Below are positions 38,860 to 50,051 of a DNA stretch of 64,000 nt, in pieces. Below the pieces are notes generated by a model that saw only the letters and a list, made by a program, of their open reading frames with translations, ran no database searches and had not been told where the DNA came from. Source of the stretch: Selaginella moellendorffii (taxonomy: Eukaryota > Plantae > Lycopodiophyta); assembly GCF_000143415.4 (NCBI RefSeq), contig NW_003314271.1, forward strand, positions 2,544,312 to 2,608,311. The letters are read 5' to 3'. Positions within the stretch are counted from its first letter, which is position 1, and each line of letters opens with the position of its first letter. A program made the position numbers and the translations under genes.

Positions 38860-41800
38860 CTATCCGTGCGAGTACTTGACCGCTGGCCTGATGCGCATCC
38901 CCTCGAACGCCCCCTCGTCCGCGTTGTAGCAATCCAGCAAGTCCTGCACAGCGTCCTCGTTCCGCACCTCCACAAACGCGCACAGCTTGGACGAGTCATA
39001 CTTGTCCCGGAAGAAGGAGACGTGCGACACCACGTAGCTCGGGCTGCCCCGCCCCTTGCGCCTCAGGAACCTGTCCAGCACCTCCTTGATCGCCGTCTCC
39101 GGGTACTTATCCGGTATCCTATCCACGTACACCGATCTCCTCCTGTCAACCTCCTTGAAAACTCCATTCCCTCCTCCTCCTCCTCTAGACCTCCCCCGGG
39201 AGTCTTGGAGATCAAACTCTGGAGTAACACTCTTGCTGACGGCGGCGGCGGCGGTGGCGATAGTGGCACCGATAGCACTGCTGCTGCTGCTGTTGTTGTT
39301 GTTGATGTTGCTGCTGTGCGGCGTTGGCTCGTCGTCTCGATCGTGCCCGTCTTCCCTGTACATGTCTTCCAGCTTCGAGTTGAAGTGCGGCTTGAGCCGC
39401 ATATGGTCGAAGATTTCCTCGTCCCGGCTGTACAGCTCCAGGGCGAGGCGAGCCAGGTCCTCTGAAACGAACACAACAAACGCACAGTACTTAGCCTTCA
39501 CATGCCGCACCTCCGTCACCACCTCGTCCCCTAGCTCCGCCTTCTGCTCGCTCGTCATGTGTTCCAGCAGCACCGCCCGGAAGATCTTCCGGATGACCGC
39601 GTCGGACGAGTTCTCCGGGAGGTGGTCCGCGTACACCGTCTTCTCCGGGTCCGACCGCTGCTTCCTCCTGCCACCATATCCATCTTCACCTTCGTCACCA
39701 TCGTCACCACCACCCGGAGCTCGCCGTTTTGGCAGCCGAGGCGTCGGGGACATGTTTCGGTCCGACCGGGCCCTGTCCAGTGCTGCAAAGCTCCGCTTCT
39801 TTTCCACCCCGTCGTTGCTCCGCCCCAGCTCCATCTTCATGTGGCCGAACTCCTCCGGGTGCCGGTTGTGGAGGTCCAGCATGTACTCGACCAGCTCCGG
39901 CGTCGCCAAGTCCACAAACATGCAGCCCCGCGACGGTACGTGACGGATCGCCGTGACGAGCTTGCCGTCCAGGGACTGGTTTATATGGCTTGCAATCACC
40001 TCCTCGAACAGCTTCTTCACTTGGTCCGCGCTCGTGTACTTCCCCAGCTCCGTCAGGTAGAGCGGCTTCACTTTCCGCCGCCCGGCATCCGCGAGCAAGT
40101 CGGTCCCAAAGTCGTCCCTGTCCCTGTCCGCTACTGCTTTGCCTCGCTGATCTTCCGCCACTAGCATATCGTAGACTTTCATGGCCGCTGGCGATGGCAG
40201 CTCCACCTTGAGCCCGCAGAACAAGTCCCTGTCCGCCGTGTAGATCTGCAGCGTAGCTTCCAGCAGCTCGTCGCTTGAAAACTCCACGAAGAACGAGTTG
40301 CTGTCTTCCGACGCGTACTTGACGTCCGAGACCATGTCTGGCGACTGCTCGAAGCCGGGAGGGAGCTCGCTGGTCTTTTTCACCCTCTCCCGCAACACAT
40401 TCTCGAAAATCCCCTTGAGCATGCGGGGTGATGCGTAGTCGGGGCAGTTTGTCACGTAGAGTGGCCGCCTTGAGAGCTTCCCGTCCTTGCTTTCTCCAGG
40501 TGGCGGTATCGACTCTTTAGCAATCTCCATCGCCACTTGGTCAAGCAGCTCCAGAGTTTGCTTCGTGGCCCGTGCAAGACCGTTTTTCCTCGCACTGCTC
40601 AGGCGGAGTCCCACCTTGGCAGATTTTTTGGCGTCACCGTCCAAGACGACACCGACCATTATACTCGTCGACTCCTGGATCCTGTCTATGCTGCTGATCT
40701 CCTCGCCGTCACCTTGGAGTTTCCGGACCACCGAAGCTACTGACAAGGGGTCGAGCTGTCCGGGATACCACAAGATCTTTGAGAAGACACCGCGCTGGAC
40801 AACGTCTCCCAAAGCTTCTGCGGCTCGCCGAACGAAGTACCTGGCCTCCGCAGAAGGACAACTTTCCGTGATGCGCGAAGATAACTTAAGATGCAGAGCT
40901 TCTGCATGGAAGAAAAATTGTTTACAGAAGAAAGTTAAAGTGAAAGCCTCCTCACCTTGCTGAGGTTCCATGACATCCATCAGAAGAGTGACACCTTCGC
41001 AAGTCACCAAGACAAGTAACATCAATCACAACAGCAGGAAAAATAACTGAGTTACTTACCATAATCCTCACGCAAGTGTCTCGCGTTTTGTACCGATGGA
41101 ACCCAGGTTCGTATGTCGGGATCACAACTTCTCACAAACATCTCCGCATACGCCTCGTTCTCATCCTCTCCAGTAACTATCGTATACTCTTTTCCCTTTC
41201 GGTCTGGACTAGAACCAGCTCGCTCCTCCGAGCCTTGATGGTGGTGCTTCGTCACCTCTCCCTTCTCTTTCCCTTGCATTTTCGCCAACGGATAGTCACC
41301 ATCTACCTCCGCCCGACCCTTCCGCCCCGCTCTACCATCGTCGTGCTTATCCGCCTCCGCCTCCTTCAAGCGCTTCCCATTGCTGCCTTTATAGTCCGGC
41401 GACCTCTCCCTCTTCTTCTTATCAAAAGCCTCATGCTTCTTACTCGGTTCCACCACCGTCACCTTCTTCCCTCTCGCATCCTTGGCGTTCTTCTCCACCG
41501 GAGGAAGAGGAGGCGGAGGAGGAGGAAGACGCTCTCGCTCCTTCTCCCTCTCCTTGGACCGGCTCCTCACTCTCTCCCTGCCACTCTGTCCTCCCCGGCC
41601 ACCATTCTCCCAGGTGTGCGGGCCCCGGTCCTTGTCACCATCGCGATGGCGACCACCTTTGCTGGTGTCTAGTCGCGGGAGATAATCGTAGTTGCCACTT
41701 CTCCTCGCATAAACACTCTCTCTGTTGTCTCGGGTGTCTCGGTCCCGATGGTCCGCCTCACGGTCCCGATCACGACGTGGTAACCGTTCCCTGTCCTGCT

Positions 41801-43844
41801 CCTTGTCCCTCTCGTGGTCCCTGTGCCGGTGCCTATCCCTTGCCTTCCCCTCTGCCTCACCACCATTGGATTTGGATTTCTTCTCGTCCTCGCCATATCT
41901 TTTCCTTCTATCGTAGCTTGCATAGGCCGCCGCTTCTTTTCCACCTTGATCCTCGCTAACCAATTGTCCTTCCTCCAAGTCCTGCTGCTGGTGCTTGCTA
42001 TCTCCAGATAAATCCACATTTGGAGCTGAAGGTGGTTTGTCTTCCACTAAAACGTCCTTCTTACTGCTAGTGACTGGCTCGTCATCGATATTCGATGCTC
42101 CATCCTTGAGCCAAGCGAAAGACTCGTCGTCGCCATCCCCGGCCGGAGAGAGTGAGACGAAGCCGTAGAGGAAATCCTCGTCGGACGAGCTCAGCTCTCC
42201 TGGCTCGGCCTCGCTGAGCGCCGACGCAGGGACAAGGTAGAGGTCCGCAAGCCACACTTTATCTTCGTCGTGGAGAGGTACCACCGCGACCAAAGGACCT
42301 TTAAGTGATAGGCCGGGATCATTTCCCGTGCCACCACCAACAAGGAATTCCACCTACAAAAAGCAAGAGGAGCACAAGTAAGAAAAAAGTTCACAAACAC
42401 ACACACACGCACGCACACGAAAAAGAAGAGAAAATGACAGTTGACGAATCCATATCCTCCCTTACCAGCTTGTTCAGATTCGGAGACGACGCGCCGGGTG
42501 ATCTTTGCGTCACTTTGACACCGGGCTCGGCTACGTACTCCTTCACAGCTCCCAGAAATCTACACGCGTAATGTTAGAGTACACAAGTAGAAAACACGAA
42601 ACTTTCAACGAAGAAAACACAAAACCATGGAACAAAAAATGGACAGCACCAAAAACACCAGAAAAAAAAAGAAGAAAAAAAGCAAAGAAAAACAAAAGAG
42701 GTCGTCCAGAGTTCACGTACTTGTCGGTACTGGGGCAGCGTTGCACGGTGAGATCATCCGCCACCTTCCGGTTCTTAAAGACGTGTTGCCATCCCCTGGA
42801 GCATGCGGCCACCATGCTAGGGACTTTAACATCTTGGAAGTTAATCTGTCCTTGCCAGATCACACTCACGAATTTCGAGTCGTCGAGGGGGTCAGAGTGA
42901 TCGTGGTGGATCATGGTCTCGCTACTGGCGTTGTTGTTCTTGGTGGCGATGGTGGTGCTGATGGTCGAATCCTCGGCAGTAAGAGGAGGAGGAGGAGCGG
43001 GCGAGCTCTCCTCCAAGGTGGTAATCGAAGTTTTCTCCTCTCGAGCATCGATAAGATCGATCGAAGAGCAAAGCTTGTCATGAGATACCTCTAAGTCTGT
43101 GGTGTTCTTCGTCGCGTTGTCGCTGGGATGATCGTTCTCGATCGGGAAGAACTCACATAAGTTTCCTGGCGCGGTGGTGTTCTTGGGTTCTTCCTCTTCC
43201 CCCACGCCCGCGCGGCCGTTCGAGTCTACGGCATTGTCGTCCGTCCTCTCGTCGCGAAACAACATCTGGAAGCTCGTAGATCTAACCAGCGCCGGCGCCG
43301 CCGGCCGCTGGGATCTGGGCCACGACGCGGATCGCTGCTGCTCCTTGGCGGCGGCGGTGGCGATGGTGGCGGAGGAGGAGAGGCGCCACTGCTTGGCATT
43401 TAGATCATCATCGTTTTCCTCGCTGGGTGAGGCTGGAAGCAAGCCCCTACATTCGCTGCCGGGCTTCTCCAGCTGAATCTCTTCTTGACTCGCTTGGATC
43501 TCCGGCGCGGCGCCTTGTTCTTGCGCCTCTTCTTCCAAAGCCCTCTTTATTGGCTTCCACTGCTCCACCGTGTGCGCTAGAAGTGACAATCCCGAGCAAG
43601 CGCCCTCCTCTTCCTCCTCCTTGTCGACCTCTCGCGCTGGCGATAGATCTTTCTCCTTTCGATCTTGCTCCTCGGCAGCCGCGGCGCGAGCCGCCGATGC
43701 CTCTGGCGCTAGCGGCTCATCCGCCGGCTCATTCAGATCAAACATCTCTTCCTCTTTCTCCAGCGCCTCTCTAGGGAAGGAATCGAGAGCTCCGGAGAGA
43801 ACCCTAAAGCTCGAATCGCGGGGAGAAGCCATGGCCATGGCCAT
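38860..43844 (-). CDS. ~1530-aa multidomain RNA-binding protein (SPOC-like, RD/RS-rich, 2 KH-like, 4 RRM)
   Basis: Exons 43844-42721, 42559-42466, 42353-41060, 40994-40956 and 40901-38860 splice in frame (4593 nt); four RRMs with RNP2 (PLYV/PLYL/TVYA/SVYV) and RNP1 (FFVEF/MFVDL/AFVVF/AFVEV). Confidence 0.85.
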
Positions 43845-44072
43845 GGCCACCGCCGGCTGACGGCAATCGGACGGCTGAGATGCCTCGGCAGTGGACTTTT
43901 GCGGTGACACGTGTCGCGTCCCAGCCGTCCGCTGTAGGCCCATCCTGTACGCCGATAGTGGAAGAGAATCTAACGGACGCTTGTCGCCCACGTCAGCGTG
44001 ATACATATCCGACCCGTTTGAAAACCAGTATTCCAATTCACAACGTGGGGGCCATGTGATAAGGCGCAAAAG

Positions 44073-45976
44073 CTAAGTCACCGTTTGTGATCCAGATGAT
44101 AGCTCTCGAGCCAAGCCTGGAACTTGGACAAGGATTCCTGTCACTGATCCATCGCCGATTTTAATCTCCAGCCCAGGACCGCCGCATTGTTTTCTAATGT
44201 AGCACAGTCCAAAATATGGAGCTTCTCTCGTGCAGCTCGTCAGCTTCCCGGCCTTGAAAAGGGTGTGAAGCTATGGAACGCAGGTTTTGAGAAAAAATTA
44301 TTTGAGTACCTTGACACCATCTCTTGTCGTCAGGATCGTTCCTGGTTCCACAGCTCCGGTGAGTTTTACACCGTGCAAGTGTTGCTTCACACCGTTGTAT
44401 GTGATTAGTCTCGCCACTGTTTCCTGCCCGATGTAGCAACCTGGGAAATGTGATTGGCTGGTTTTCGTTTACGACGAAGAAAAGAAAAACTAACCTTTGG
44501 TTTGCGAGATTGTCCTCCAGAGTCCAGCTTCCAGGACGTTGAACTCGTCGGTAAGCTCCTTGCCAGGCACTGGCCTGCCTGCGCTTGCACGTCAAGAGCC
44601 TCGGTTTTCATAAAAAACAATCGATTGATTCTTCCATTACCTTGCAAGATTCGCAAGCGTTCCCAGGCCAAAGATCCCATGTGCAAAGCACCGCATTTTA
44701 ATATCGAGGTCCACACAGGACCCGCGGCGGCAGTGGACACGAGGAAAGAGTAGCCTTTCGTGCACAGTCCAGAGCCGACTCCCACGGTTACAGGTGCCCC
44801 ATTCGCCTGAAAAGTTGGACGAGATCAAAGTGTCATCAACTTTCCTTGGCATGAATGAATGCTTACGGTGTAGTGTACATGAGTTCCGTATGGCTTATCG
44901 ATCAAAGACTCCAACTTTAGCTGCCGCATAACCTTCAACAGGAAAGCATGATTGTTGCTTGAACATAAAGACAAGGGGGCTCTTACTGACATTATCGCTT
45001 TGGGGGCCTACGATTGAAAAATAGGAGGTCTTCTCTGTGATATCATCCACTTCCACTTTGTCCGAAAAGAAAATGTACCTAAACCAAAGAAAAAGTTGAG
45101 GGTCTGACAAAGTCGAGAAGAAATCGACAAGCTACTTATTGAGCAGTTTGATAAGATCGTGCCGAGTCTCTGGAGAAACGAGAAGAATCACAGCCGTATT
45201 CTGCACCAATCATCAAGTCTGCTGCAACCATTCCAAATCAACAGAAACGTCAAAGCGTGTAAATCCTCACCATCGCCCATGCGGTTGCTAGATCGATTGT
45301 TCTTGCGGTGTTCGTCACAAAAACTGTATCGCACCCCTGAAAAGCTTTTGATATCAGGAAAACCAACTCTCACACGCTACGTAGGACTTACCTCCCCGTC
45401 CTTAAGCTGCAGCAAATCAGCAGTACTCTGGTTGTGCAGAAACCGCAACCGGTCGTCACCAGTGACTGGAATAATAAAAGTCATCAGCGCTTGCAGCACA
45501 AACAATAGTATAGAACATTCAAACCCCGGAGTCTTCCAAAGTGAGACATCTCTATCACCTGTCAGTCGAGAAAATTAAACATCGTAGAAAAAGCGCTTAA
45601 ACAGTTCTCTTACAGCACATCCGGAATCGGCCGCTTTCAATGCTTCCTCATCGTTTCCAAAAGTCTGGACGATGCCATTGTCGGAGATCTGTGCACCACT
45701 TTCGAGCAAAACATCCTGGAACATCACAGCTTGCCATCAAATCCAGCGGAAACTCTGCTCTGCTACCTCCAAATCATTTTCTATTGGCGGAGGAACGACG
45801 TCAGGAACAGCGGCCACGACGACGCGACGAGCATCAAATTTCCCACTCAAGATCCTCGCGTGAATCCGTGATCTACTGCAAACCTTCTTGCTGAATGCGG
45901 CGTCGCGAGCCAAAGATCTGGCCTGTGGGACCGCGGCGGCGACAGCGCCAGCGCCTGGAACGCACAGGCTCGCCAT
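44073..45976 (-). CDS. Plastid YgfZ/IBA57-like folate-dependent Fe-S maturation factor (GcvT family)
   Basis: Transit peptide MASLCVPGAGAV; MSHFGRLR, DRLRFLHNQST, signature GCYIGQETVARLITYNGVKQHL; TAG at 44075-44073. Confidence 0.9.
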
Positions 45977-46005
45977 GGCCGGATAAACCCTAAAACCGAA
46001 GAACA

Positions 46006-47529
46006 ATGGCCGCGATATTCAAATGGAAGCACGATGATCCTATTATCCAAGCTCTCAAGAGCTGCGCTGATAGCAGAGATCTCGCCCTGGGAAAGAAGAT
46101 CCACGAGCAAATCTTAGTCACTGAGAATCTCGGGAAGAACACGCACCTCGCCAACAGCGTTCTCGACATGTACACGAGCTGTGGATGCGTGACCGAAGCC
46201 CGCAAGCTCTTCGATTCGATCGAATCCCCCAATGGCTTCTCCTGGAGCCGGATCATCGCGGCCTACGCGCGCGGCGGGCTTCTGCGAGAGGCGCGAGAGC
46301 TCATCGATGCGATGCCTGGGCGAAATATCCGCGCCTGGAACACGATCATCGTCGCGTATGCCGATCGCGGGCGTCTGGAAGAGGCGCGATCCTGCTTCGA
46401 GAGGATGGACGATCGGGACACCGTGTCGTGGAATGTGATGATCACTGTCCACGCCAGGGCGGGGCGGCTGCGCGAGGCCTGGGGATTCTTCCAGCGAATG
46501 CGGCAGCGGGATCTCGTCTCCTGGCACGCGATCCTCACGGGCTACGCGCACAGCGGTGAATTGGCGCTGGCGAGGGAGATCTTCGAGAGAATGCCGAGGC
46601 GAGACACGATTTCCTGGACAGGAATCCTCCAGGCGAGCGCGAGAGCTGAGAATCTCGGCGAATGCAAGCGAATCTTTGATGCTATGCCGCAGAGAAACAT
46701 GATCTCCTGGAACGCGCTCATCGCCGCAAATACCCTAGCGCGGCAACTGGATCAAGTGGAAGAACTCGTCGCGAGGATGCCACTCCACGAGGTCGTCTCC
46801 TCCACGGCGCTGCTCCAAGGCTTCTCGGATCAAGGGAATATGGCCAGAGCTGAGGATCTCTTCGCATCTCTCCCCCAGCGCGATGCCGTGGCCTGGAATG
46901 CAATGCTCCAGGCATACACCCTAGCCAAGAACATCGCCCGGCTCCATCGATTCTTCGACGCCATGCCCGGGCGATCCACCGCCGCCTGGAACACGCTCCT
47001 CCAGGCGCACGCTCAGGCGGGGCACACGGATCAATGCAGACAGATCTTCGCCGCGATGCCCGACCCAGACGCGATCTCTTGGAGCACGCTCATCCAGACG
47101 TTCGCGCAGAATGGCCACGGCGATCTTGGCGTCGAGCTCTTTGGCGCGATGATCCTGGAAGGCGTCGTGCCGACCGCGATCACGTTCATAAGCGTGCTGA
47201 GCGGATTCAACCACGTCGGGATGCTGGATCGCGGCAGGGAAATCTTTCACTCGATCGCGGCCTGCCACGGCCTAGCGATCACGCTCCAGCACTACAGCGC
47301 CATGGTAGGGATTCTGGGCCGATCGAAGCTGCTGGACGAGGCAGAGGAGCTGGCGCATTCAATGCCATTCTTGCCGGATGCTCAAACCTGGACAGAGTTG
47401 CTCGCTGCGTGTGTGCTCCATGGTGACCTGGAACGGGCTGAGAGAGCTGCGACGTCCATCCATCAACTGGAACCCAAGTGCCCCTCCTCTTTCTTGCTTT
47501 TATCTAGTGCCACATACACAAAGAGTTAA
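46006..47529 (+). CDS. PLS-class pentatricopeptide repeat protein (tandem ~31-aa motifs, E-type end, no DYW)
   Basis: Repeats such as A..IF..MP.RD.VSWN; QHYSAMVGILGRSKLLDEA, MPFLPDAQTWTELLAAC; intronless. Confidence 0.93.
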   Translation: MAAIFKWKHDDPIIQALKSCADSRDLALGKKIHEQILVTENLGKNTHLANSVLDMYTSCGCVTEARKLFDSIESPNGFSWSRIIAAYARGGLLREARELIDAMPGRNIRAWNTIIVAYADRGRLEEARSCFERMDDRDTVSWNVMITVHARAGRLREAWGFFQRMRQRDLVSWHAILTGYAHSGELALAREIFERMPRRDTISWTGILQASARAENLGECKRIFDAMPQRNMISWNALIAANTLARQLDQVEELVARMPLHEVVSSTALLQGFSDQGNMARAEDLFASLPQRDAVAWNAMLQAYTLAKNIARLHRFFDAMPGRSTAAWNTLLQAHAQAGHTDQCRQIFAAMPDPDAISWSTLIQTFAQNGHGDLGVELFGAMILEGVVPTAITFISVLSGFNHVGMLDRGREIFHSIAACHGLAITLQHYSAMVGILGRSKLLDEAEELAHSMPFLPDAQTWTELLAACVLHGDLERAERAATSIHQLEPKCPSSFLLLSSATYTKS

Positions 47530-48376
47530 CATTTATCACTTTAATTACATAACTTTAGCCCTATAATTAATTTTTCAAGTATACATTTGGTTTACTTTAG
47601 AAAGGGTGTAACGAATATTTCTAGAATATTTAGGTATATTTTAAAATATTCCTAATTATTTTAGATTGAACTGTAGTGTACACTGTCTATTTACTTAGTT
47701 TATCAAATTTGATGACAACAAAATGATCTTCAAAGATCATCATCTATGTCCAACTGCCATAGTAAGGATTGATAGCTCTATAAAATTCGCAATAAAGGTT
47801 CTTTGCAGCTCCTCCTCTAAAGAAACTATTATTCCAGGATAACACCAATGCAACTGCGTGGGAGGACAAGAAGTGCTGTGGAGAGTTGAGATTTCCCAGT
47901 TCAGGTTTGTCTCTCGTTTCTAGGAGAATATAAGCTTTTTCTTGTTCTTGGGCTGCAAGAGCTACAAAGACAAACCCAGCATGATCTCTACAAGTAAGAA
48001 CTAGAGTGTGAAAGGTCTGTATGAGGTCTGTAGAGCTCATACACCATCACATGATGGCCCAAAGTTTCGCTTGCAGCTCTCAGTGCCAGAGGTATGGAGT
48101 GAAAAATGGTTGGAACTTTGGCTGGATTTGTTTGGAAGCTAGGACGGAGTAAAGAAAGAGATTTTAAGAATACACTCTTGAGTCTGTAAGGAAAGAATTG
48201 TTTCTTCTTCTTGTTATGGCTAGAAAGCTTTCTTCCCTTTTCCACACCTATTTGCAAGGTCTCAGAGATCATTGTTAAAGAATGGGGATGCCTCATACGA
48301 TTAGAAAGAAGTAAATTCATTGTTTCATAAAACGAGGGTTTTAGGGTTCTTCCATGATTTAGGGTTCTTCGAGGAG

Positions 48377-49992
48377 ATGGGCTGCTTGGCGATCGATCTT
48401 GCGGAGATCGTCCGTGCCAACTCGCGTTGTAAGTCTCCCTATCAGCTGGCGTTCCTTGATCGACCGATTTCTCCGCCTGCAGATTTTGACGAATTGGTGG
48501 ACTTGATTCCTCCGAAGTTTTATCTTCCCGCTGATGACAATGTGGAGAAACAATGGGTAAGCTCTTCTCTATCTCGGAGCATTGCGGTGTGATTTACTGC
48601 TCCTTTCTGGTATAATGCAGGTGTTTGGGATGACCAAGAGAGAAAAACGAGAGGCGAGGAGATTAACGAAGGAGCACTCGAAGAAAGCGCGGAGAGATCG
48701 TGTATGGTGTGCTAGAAAATAACTCTTTGGTTTGCCTTGCCCTTCATTGAAGCTTTTGTAACTGCAGCTCGATCCAGAGAAGTTCGTCACAACTTTGCAA
48801 GTTTTGCAGCAACGAAATGAAGTAGCGGAGGCACACGCAGAGAAAGAGGAAGAAGACGAGGAAGCGAAAGCAGAAGAAAATGGCGAAGGAGACGCAGAAC
48901 AAGGTAGGCTGTTTTCTGTCGAACCAATCCGTTTCCACGATTGAAGTCGTGGATCTTGCAGCTCCCGTTGCTGGGACGGAACGCGTCAAGTCGAGCCAGG
49001 AACTGCGAGAACGGCTCCACAAGCGAATCGAGGCGATACGAGCTGAGAGGCGAATAAACAAAGCTCGGGACTGGCAGGAAAGGACCAAGGACGCCTCGAA
49101 GAAACGCAAGAAGTCGGAGAACAAGACCACTCTGGCCAACAAGCGGCAAAAGCAAGTAAGAATCCTCCTGATTTATTCACATGAGCGTCAAAACACTTTC
49201 AGGGCCACAAGGAAACTGGGATTGTTCCAGTTTCGAGCGAAAAGGTCCCAGTTGCGAGTGATATGGAGTTTGGCCGGGTGAAAATAGACTCCCAGAAGCG
49301 AACTCTAAACCGGAAGAGCAAGGAAAAGCTGCTCGAACAGGTAAAAAACTTATTCTTAGCTAGTCGAGTTTTGATCGATGGTTTTTTCTAGGCTACGAAG
49401 CTTCAAAAGGATATCCAAGACACCGAGAAGGGCAAAGTAAGAACTGGATTTCCTTCTTATAGAGAAAGAAAGAAAAACTCACCACTGCTTTCTCTACAGG
49501 ACGTTGCATCAAAGCACTCGTGGGACGCAGCACTCAGCCGAGCTTCCGGACAGAAAGTAAAGCTTTGTTTTTCTGATGATCTATAATGTCTTTGATGATG
49601 TTTGTGATTCTACTTCTTTCCTTCACAGGTCTTCGACAATCCCAAGCTGCTCAGGCAAAGCTTGAAACGAGAGCACCAACGTCGCGAAAAGAGTGCAAAG
49701 AAATGGTCAGTGCTCCATCAATCTCACTCTGCGAAAACGAAAATCTCTCCTCTTTCTTTCCAGGCAAGATCGACACGATAGCGAAGCACAGCGAGCTCAA
49801 GAGAAGCAACAGACCCGGGCCTCTCATATCAAGGAGCGCATTGACGCTCGCAAGCAAAGGCTCATAGCGAAGGTTTGCAAGCTTGTTACATTGATTGATC
49901 TGACTCTCTTGTTTACACCACAGAGGGAGAAGAAGCTAATGCGACCCGGCTTCGAGGGAAGAAAAGCTGGCTTTCTCAACGAAGCCAAGTAA
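48377..49992 (+). CDS. SURF6: Surfeit locus 6 / RRP14 nucleolar ribosome-biogenesis protein
   Basis: FDELVDLIPPKFY, ELRERLHKRIE, KLLRQSLKRE, KSAKKW, RPGFEGRK; telo-boxes (TAGGGTT) upstream. Confidence 0.88.
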
Positions 49993-50051
49993 AATCGCCA
50001 CGAACCTCTGATAAAATAACGACGAGGAAGAAGAGAAAGAATCTGTCCTAC

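Noticed and set aside
43845-44069. N-terminal extension of ORF 42543-44069
   Set aside because: Begins at a non-ATG codon and spans promoter-like, ACGT-rich DNA up to the neighbouring gene's stop; MAMAMAS at 43844 is the more plausible start.
47600-48320. Possible decayed TE or gene between the PPR gene and SURF6
   Set aside because: Short ORFs with no motif I can recognise; LTR-like start too weak to call.
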